From NCBI RefSeq assembly GCF_964355755.1, contig NC_092680.1, forward strand, positions 7,750,001 through 7,814,000: a stretch of DNA of 64,000 bases. The letters are read 5' to 3'. Position numbers and translations under genes: made by a program. This DNA comes from Antedon mediterranea (Eukaryota > Animalia > Echinodermata). Positions 60,329 to 64,000 of this stretch are shown piece after piece. A model generated the notes under the pieces. It was not told the DNA's origin, ran no database searches, and saw only the letters and a program-made list of their open reading frames with translations. Position 1 is the stretch's first letter, and each line of letters begins with the position of its first letter.

Positions 60329-63300
60329 GTTAGTAGTTGAACATTATTACTCCATGGTAGTTATTATAGTAGCTAGATTAGCTAATAATTAGCTAATCTA
60401 CTACTATATGCGTATAGCCTATATTCTAATTTTTGATAATGGCCTATACACGTTGTAGGCCTACACATAATGTATTTTTTTATATTTTGTATTTTTGCTG
60501 AAACTTTGTTCCCTATTTGTATGGGTTTCTCACATCTTTATTCATCAATTTACTGTAGGCATTATCAGCACATAATACCGTTTTTTGCTGCAACTTCACC
60601 GTAGCGCTATATATATCTGTAGGCCTACGTATATGTTCATATGGCTACTGATTTTTTTTTGTGTGTAAATAAACACGGTGACATGTCCACCTGTTATGTA
60701 AATTAGCAATATGTCTATGGTTATAAATGCCACTAATACCAAATGTTTGCTTTGTATTGTTAAGTTAATTTAAATTTCATGTCGAAGCTGAAGAGGTCAA
60801 ATGTCACATCGTAAAAAAAGCAGAACTTAAACTTTACTTGGGTCTACTACTAAATTAATTGTTCAACTCAATTAGGAACCATGCTAACATTATTTTACTA
60901 GGCCTATAGTTCTACGTTTGCTTATGGGAAGTATTTATATACTGACATAATATTGGAAATACGTTCTGTTTTACATTAATAGCATCAAATGACTTAAAAC
61001 AAACTAAATCATAGGCTACATTATTGCTGTAAAAATGTAGTTATATTGTAGTAACTGCAGTAAAATACGGTAATGTTTAATAATCCTTTATCACAGATTC
61101 ACACAGGTTTACAGCACGGTGTAATACGACCAGATGTTCCAAACGGTCTACCTCTCGATGAAGTTACTCTACCACAGAAACTAAAAGAATATGGTTATGC
61201 AACGCATATGGTTGGTAAATGGCATCTTGGATTTTACACGGAGGCATGTGTTCCAAATAAGCGAGGCTTTGATTCATTTTTTGGTTAGTAGATGTTGTTT
61301 AGCCCTTGACGACGTTTAATGTTAACTCGACAAACGTAGTAATATAGAGGAGGTGAGACTGTGTTACAAACTCGAATCTAATAAAGATATATTGTCCCCC
61401 TGAAAAAATAATTTTTGTTTTTAATATGCCATTTCACCTAGGCCTATAATAGTTGTTCGCTTTGACAAAACATTGGAAAAAAACAAGAATTATTTACCTA
61501 AAAAAACTGTAATTCAAAGCAAACAAATAGTTAAATTTTCTTGTCAAATTTTAACTAAAATTATGGTTTATTATTATTTTTCGTGAGCTCAAATGCATTT
61601 AAAATGGTAACTTTCATTATTAACACTAATTGATTTTTTAATCTTTGAATCAAAGGACAATAATGTATTGATTGTAAATACGTAATTATGAATAATTAGC
61701 TTAATGTAGGTGGCAAACTACGATAGGCTAATAATGTAAGGACAATAATAATCCATGTCTTCACTGTTTACAAATTAATGATTTAATCAATTTCCAATAT
61801 ACAACAGTTTAGAGTTTGTCTACGCCTGTAATAAATTACTCTAGATTCTATACGGCGATTCTACGTCTTAATAATTAGTAAAAAGAGAAATATGTTGGTA
61901 CATATGTCGTTTCATACGTATAATACGTTAGTTTACTAAACGAATAATAACATAAAACAATATAGAGACTATGGCAAGCCATAATAATGTATATACTGTA
62001 TACAGTTTATAAATAATAATTATAAAAATGACAAATTATGTATACTAACATTGAATTTGTTTGTAACTACTATAGCTATGTGTTAGGATGTTTTGCTCTA
62101 CTCTGACGTACTTTATACTTAAGTACATTTGAGGATACTTCGAGAATTACTTGCGATTAGTATTCTCAATGTAATTATTATAAAGTACAAATTACGTCAG
62201 AGTAGGGCAAATTATACCAATTGTATTACAATACCTAATTATTGATGCTATTTCTTGTAAAGGTTACTATATTGGAGCCGAGGACTACTACACTCATATC
62301 AGAGAGGGCGGATATGATTTAAGGGAAAACTATAAAGTAGCGACAGAATACAATAACACTTACTCTACCGTTTTATTTGCTGAGAAAGCCAATGCTGTTA
62401 TCAATGCTCATAACAAAAGTCAGGTATATTACTTCTATTTAAATTATTTTATTTTTAGTGACTCTGCTCGGTCACTATGCGTTTTCAACGCTTCACAAAT
62501 CCACGCCGGACCACAAAATGAGTGTGCAATGTTGTGTAGTCCATGTTTCATAATTTTTCAGAAAATGATGGCTTAAGCGAACAGTGAGATTTCATCGTCA
62601 ACAAGTATTGTCTGATCTAAAAAAAATATCCCTGTTTTATTTGTGTTGAAAACATTTCTAAATAACTGCAAAACTTATAACGGCTAAAACAAAGTGTCAC
62701 GTCTAGTAAAACAATATACTATACTATACAGTTAATGATGTACTTTTTTCAGTCTCTGTTTCTGTATATACCTTTCCAAGCAGTACACGCTCCTTTGGAG
62801 GTTCCTGCCAGTTACGTAGAGCCATACAAATCGATTTATCCCAATGATAATTCGCGACAGACATACGCCGGCATGGTGACGTGTATGGACGAGGCAATTG
62901 GTAACATTACCACCACTCTAAAAACAAAAGGACTGTATGATAATACTGTTATTATATTTTCAACAGGTAATGTGAACTTAAGCTTTGTTATCACTAGCGA
63001 CGCGACGTAACGCAACGTAAGAAAATGCCCTTCAGATAATTGTGTTTTCCCCCGCCTGCGTGAAATCAAACCTGCGATGTGTGCAGCACTGTTTCGTCGT
63101 CGGTTCCCACTTGTGATTACGCAATACATTACTTTGTGTCGATACGTCGCTGCGTTGCGTTACTTTGCGTCGCTAGTGGGAACACGCTTAAAATATATTA
63201 TTAATTATTTAAATTCATGTATACATATATATATAAATCTCGCACTCGATACATACACGAACGGCGGTATCATACGGTCGATAACGATCATGATGATGAT

Positions 63301-63873
63301 AATGATAGGGAGAAATATTTATTAAGAAAGACTTGTACTTCTATTCTGATATAATATGAAATAAAAATATATTTGTACACCGAGGACGAAAATACAATAT
63401 TAATTTAGTAAAGCGGGCTGTAATAATAAATGAAATGATGGTATACGTAGTTAGTTAGATAATAGTCGCATTTAGTGCAGTGCAAATGGATTTGGTACAA
63501 CAGAGAAAGTGACTTATTTTAAGTTGGGATAAAAGTCGATTGTTACATCTTTATCTTCGTTGGTATTATGTGATACAGCAATGATTAAATCCTATAGAAA
63601 TATATACTTTTTCTTTTCAGACAATGGTGGACAGGTTAGAGCTGGTGCAAATAACTGGCCATTACGCGGTTGGAAAGGTACACTGTGGGAAGGAGGTGTC
63701 CATGCGGTGGGCTTTGTTCACAGTCCCCTTCTTCCAAAACAAGTTCAAGGAACTATCAACAATGAACTAATACACGTCAGTGATTGGTTCCCAACCATTG
63801 TAGAGGGATTGGCTCAAGGTGATACTAAAGGTACTAAGCCTCTTGATGGATACAATGTATGGCCGTGCATTAG
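60077..63873 (+). CDS. ARSB: Arylsulfatase B-like sulfatase (ARSB/ARSI/ARSJ group), exons 1-5, 3'-partial
   Basis: Exons 60077-60328, 61097-61283, 62263-62423, 62753-62966 and 63621-63873 splice in frame with no stop. Signal peptide, [10 protein letters not shown], formylglycine motif [51 protein letters not shown]. Confidence 0.95.
61097..61283 (+). CDS. ARSB: ARSB-like exon 2
   Basis: cacAG acceptor and GTTAGT donor, 187 nt; IHTGLQHG...GKWHLG...RGFDSFF. Confidence 0.95.
62092..62211. mobile_element. Small MITE-like inverted repeat in ARSB-like intron 2
   Basis: TTTGCTCTACTCTGACGTA ... TACGTCAGAGTAGGGCAAA. Confidence 0.65.
62263..62423 (+). CDS. ARSB: ARSB-like exon 3
   Basis: taaAG acceptor and GTATAT donor; [11 protein letters not shown]...[10 protein letters not shown]...HNKSQ. 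Not in the ORF track. Confidence 0.9.
62753..62966 (+). CDS. ARSB: ARSB-like exon 4
   Basis: ttcAG acceptor and GTAATG donor; [18 protein letters not shown]...[14 protein letters not shown]...IIFST. Confidence 0.95.
62981..63188. mobile_element. MITE family B, copy 3
   Basis: Body matches 31956-32152, TTA/TAA flanks; the paralogous intron shows the empty site GTGAAC-TAA near 52762-52770. Confidence 0.88.
63621..63873 (+). CDS. ARSB: ARSB-like exon 5
   Basis: ttcAG acceptor and GTAAGT donor; [26 protein letters not shown]...DGYNVWPCI. Confidence 0.95.
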
Positions 63874-64000
63874 GTAAGTGAAAGGCTAGGAAATGAACTA
63901 CAGTAAAACAATAAACTATTGTAAATAACTAGGTATACGAAATATCCAGATTAAATTGAATAGTCTTTTCTTATCGAGTTGCCTACAGCAGCATTCCTAC

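Noticed and set aside
57032-63873. Bacterial contamination or a recent bacterial operon insertion (dioxygenase plus sulfatase)
   Set aside because: Both genes have spliceosomal introns and host repeats, and the sulfatase has the animal ARSB-type exon structure.

Overview
AT-rich metazoan genomic DNA, probably a marine invertebrate (inference), with spliceosomal GT-AG introns; most entries in the ORF track are spurious. (1) Seven coding exons of a small-conductance Ca2+-activated K+ channel (SK/KCNN family) on the + strand, 13423-42606; I did not find the first coding exon, which probably lies upstream of the window. (2) A tandem duplication of a two-gene unit: a signal-peptide-bearing LigB/Memo-fold (TTE1956-like) gene followed about 620 bp later by an arylsulfatase B-like gene. 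Unit 1 (~49376-55430) is a deleted, disabled relic. Unit 2 (~56968 to the window end) has a disabled LigB-like gene and an apparently intact ARSB-like gene, with exons 1-5 inside the window. (3) A dense set of non-autonomous elements: PIF/Harbinger-like MITEs (TAA target), Tc1/mariner-like MITEs (TA target, one swollen by an 87-bp tandem array), a TTAA-flanked element, a Helentron-type element, tRNA-derived SINEs, LINE 3' remnants and long (ATC)n tracts. The most unusual signals are the co-duplicated LigB-like + sulfatase pair and a strong excess of TA-(3-4 nt)-TA motifs that look like transposon excision footprints, two of which appear as insertions relative to the paralogous copy. All coordinates and counts were read by hand; no database search was run.
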